NCBI GenBank assembly: GCA_044892525.1
Contig: CM097885.1
Location: 237,896,001-237,960,000, forward strand
Length of the DNA: 64,000 bases
Direction of reading: 5' to 3'
Origin: Schmidtea polychroa
Lineage: Eukaryota
The position numbers were made by a program, and so were the translations under genes. Positions 59,891-64,000 of the stretch are shown piece after piece. Position 1 is the first letter of the stretch, and every line of letters starts with the position of its first letter. Below the pieces are notes generated by a model. The model did not search any database and was not told the DNA's origin. It saw only the letters and a list, made by a program, of their open reading frames with translations.

Positions 59891-61369
59891 TAAACTGGCC
59901 TAAAATGATGTAATTTCCTTTGTTCTCGGGTCCACATGTTAGCCTACTTATAGCAATAGAAAAATAAGATGATCGGTTAAGGTGCTAAATACCTATAGCA
60001 ATTGAAAAATAAGATGAAAATGACTACTGAGGTGATTGCTTTTATACTTTTTTGGGTTCTGAATCAGTCAATCAGAATCGATATGTCATTTTACCATGTT
60101 TATTTTTAGGTATTTTATTTTCTTAATACAACGATTTTATTTGATTAAATCTATATTTTACCTTTAATTAACTAATTTTTATTTTTAATTATATTTTAAT
60201 TTCGAATCCTGATCACCTGGTTAATTGTTTTCGTCCTCCATCTTTGTTGAGTTTTCCGCATTTTTGGTTTCTTTTCCGCGATTATTTTGTTTTAATGCTC
60301 TTATCGCATGTTTCTTATGCGACTTCTTGCAGTTTTTCATTTTATTACTTGTTTTTATTTAATTTCTCATGTGTTATGTTTTTATTTTGTTTTATTTGAT
60401 GTTTTTATTATTAGTTTATTTTACTTTATGTTTTTATTTGCAATGTTATCACTCTCATCCAACCTTTTCATCCCTATCGGTTTTATTAATTAAAACAAAA
60501 CTTATCTCAACAAGAAAATTAAAACAATGAAAAAAAACATCAATTTAAAATGCGCACTTTGACCTGCGCGCTTTTGTTACGACACACTATATAAACAGTT
60601 ATAAATATCTTATTTTCTATTTTGATTTAAAGACAACTACATACTTTTTCAAAGAAAAATTTAATTAATTTGGATATACAGGCTATGTATCTAAATTATT
60701 GATTATGAATAACTATATGAATAGAAAACACTTTTTTGACAAGTACAAGTTTTCTTTCTTCCGTACCAAATCCTATAACCCAGGCCAATGAGAGGAGGGG
60801 AGGGGGTTTAGACGATATGCTTTCTTTGTGCCAGGTTCTGTAAAGTGGCCTGGAAATGTCTAAAGGTTTGTTCAAATTTAAATTTATGAATTGAAATTTG
60901 TGTTATTATACAAATATATAATACTTACCATAATTTACAACTATAATAAAAAATAATTAAATCACACATTTACAGACCATTTAAATAAATAACTGTTTCC
61001 TATGATATTGAGCGACTTATAACCTACAAGCCTAAGTGTCGAACTCAGTATTTATGGGCCGAGAACAGCATATTTAAGGTTATAAACTTATAGTTTCATA
61101 TTCTAAAATGACTTTGAGCAACTTAAGTTGAACTTACTGATAATATCTAAAATATCGAAGAGCACTGAGAAAATTCTGCCCGGAACTCTTCTTAGCTTTC
61201 AACGCTAATGGTTATACTACAAAACTATTGAATGGAAGTGTTTAACTGTCCGTTTTCCCACCATTGTTTTAAGAAATTTAGAATTGCTCTGAGTGCAATA
61301 AAACTCAGTATTAATTTTTCATTTAACAATAAAATGAAATTATTTTTCTATTTATTGATTAAATTTACA

Positions 61370-61620
61370 TGTAGTGGGTGTAAAGCCACATATGCTGAGA
61401 TACTTCTCATCATCTCTCTATTTGAGCTATGTGAACATTACAGACTGAAGGCATTGACCAATATTAAATTGCATAATAAAGGCTGTATGAGAAAAATAGA
61501 AAAATCTTATTAAAAATTCACTATTTATTGGAAACGTGTAGTTTATGAAACTTTGTTGATGAAATCATTGATCCGAAAATTAATGTGCAAAATGCTATGA
61601 ATACTTATGTTTTAAATTTT
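61370..61620 (+). mobile_element. Degenerate Penelope-like fragment
   Basis: CSGCKATY plus nucleotide similarity to about 17900-17985 (..CCGAAAATTAATGTGCAAAATGC..AATAC.TATGT). Confidence 0.55.
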
Positions 61621-62173
61621 TTTAAACAGTACGAGTTTTAAATTGTATTACTATGGAGGAACACATTTATATAGAACCTAGGCTTTTGTTATTTATTTTA
61701 TGTTTTCCGGCATATGAGTAATCCCAATTTTATTCTGAGGTATAACCTTATTTAAAATATATATTAATTAATCGAAAGTTTCCAATCATACAATTTCGAA
61801 ATTAAATTTAAATAAAAATAATTATTAAATATATTTGTTGAAATATTTCTACTTTACACGTTTGTTTAAATAACATGTTTTGATAAATCAAATTTTAGTA
61901 TTATTTTAAGATTGTTCTAATTTTATAATTGAAAATTGCTATTACAACATTACTAAAAGTAATAATAATTAAAATCATATTTTAACAGTTACTAAAACTA
62001 TAATTTATATCTATTTCATAAAACTAATTTTATTTGTCAATTGAGTGTAGTTTTTTATTAAAAAATGTTCTAGTAATATACGAATGTTTTAAATTAATTT
62101 TAGATTTTAGAATTATTCTTTTGAAACTATCACTTATGATCATATAATTTCAAGAGAACTTTATGAACATTCA

Positions 62174-62488
<315 letters not shown>

Positions 62489-64000
62489 TAACCAATGAAT
62501 TTTTCTGCATGAATTATTATTAATATTTATTAATTACTGCTAAATAAATAAATAAATTCAAAAGTTGCATTTTTCAATATTTTTTTATTAATTTTATTTT
62601 ATAAATATTTACGGATCAAAAAAATATTTTTCATTAAATTGTAAATATTAAGATCTTACAGGTAAATAAATTCTTTACCATTCAGAAATGATTTTTCGAA
62701 AGCTAAAGTTTCATTTTTGAACATAAATTAGCAATATATTTTTAATATCTTTGAAAAATACATTTTAATCAGAAATCCTTCCTCCCCTCCTTTCGCTTGT
62801 TGTACCTCACTGCAGATAACTTTATTGACAAGGTTTATTAATTACTAAATTGATAAAATATTGAAATTAATTTCCCAATATTTATTGATTAATTATTATA
62901 AATAATCAATAATTATTGAATAATCTAACATTTATTGATTCATCACTTATACTTGCTAGGTTAAAATTAGAAAAAAGAAAAAGTGCAAAAATCGATACAG
63001 TGAAAACCACCAATGAAATAGCATTAGCACTAAAATATATTTCGGTGTATTTGGTCGGGTGAAATCTTGTCTTTCCGGGCTCTCATTTCCAATTTTAATC
63101 TGCTATAAGCATATAATTTGGACATAATAATCATGTGAAATATTTTGCGGTTATATAACAAATACACCAAAACGTAATTAACTTAAGCCTTTCAAGAAGA
63201 TTTTTTTAAATTCTTATTTCACATAAGATTTATGATCAACTAAATATGACGAAAATATTATGCAGGAATAGACTTGTCAATGGACTTATGGTTTTGCAGT
63301 ACTGAAATTCCAGATCACAATGCATTTGTAAGCATTTAATACAATTTTGGTATATATCAGAACTTCTCTGGGATAATATGTTGGTAGGTTAAATATTATC
63401 ACTTCTGATTGTCTTGCATCAAGTAACATTTGTCATTCATCACTTTCTACCGCCAATGTTAAATTTTCTATGTGATGAAAAATTTTCTGAAGCTTAAGAG
63501 ATTGAAGTTAATATGAAATTTCAAAATTATCCGATTCGTTTGTTTAAACTAAAATATTTTGATAAAAACTGTTATTGTTGAATGGAATAAATATTATTTA
63601 AAATTCAATGATAGCCCTTATACACTCGCGGTTTTTTGCACCATAAATTGTTGTGGCAATACGAGGATTGCTATTTATGAACTCGGAACTGGCAACACTG
63701 GTGTTGCTAGGCGTATCTGGCATATCTATCGTAAAGTTTGACATTTTTGACGGGAAGCGTACTCAGAACGTCTTGTCACGTGGACGCTATTTGTACTGTT
63801 TACAGTGCCTTATAAATTTCACCTCAGTTCAAAAATGGAATTAAACTTTTCTTGCGATGATTTACTACGACATACAGCGTATATTATTTCTACAATAGTA
63901 CATTGTCAACAAATATTATCTCCCAATTAACGAATTTCGTAATATGCGGGTAAATATAATAAGCTTGATAATTTTCCCAAACTTGATACAAAGATGATGG

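Overview
AT-rich, (TA)n/(TTA)n-laden animal genomic DNA with 38-55 nt introns; a planarian-type flatworm is my inference from composition only. The left half is the 3' part of a multi-exon anoctamin (TMEM16) gene. Its introns hold an intact-looking Ty3/Gypsy LTR element, several MITEs, a Penelope-like fragment, an HSP90 pseudogene fragment and a 37-bp minisatellite. The centre (31723-53244) is a complete 21.5-kb Polinton/Maverick endogenous virus with a 6-bp TSD, AG...CT ends and long TIRs. It encodes pPolB, integrase, packaging ATPase, protease, major and minor capsid and core proteins. It also carries an unusual accessory module: a TBP-like protein, a spliced Bcl-2-family protein that the ORF track only half shows, a spliced acidic tandem-SIM protein and a GPI-type glycoprotein. 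Several viral genes, including the integrase, contain spliceosomal introns. The element sits inside an in-frame Rab1-proteasome alpha6 chimeric pseudogene, and its minor capsid gene is split by a hAT-type transposon that brought host DNA with it. The right end has transposon relics, a relic of a related Polinton TIR and the start of an ELAV/Hu-like gene. All protein calls come from motif recognition by eye, not database searches.
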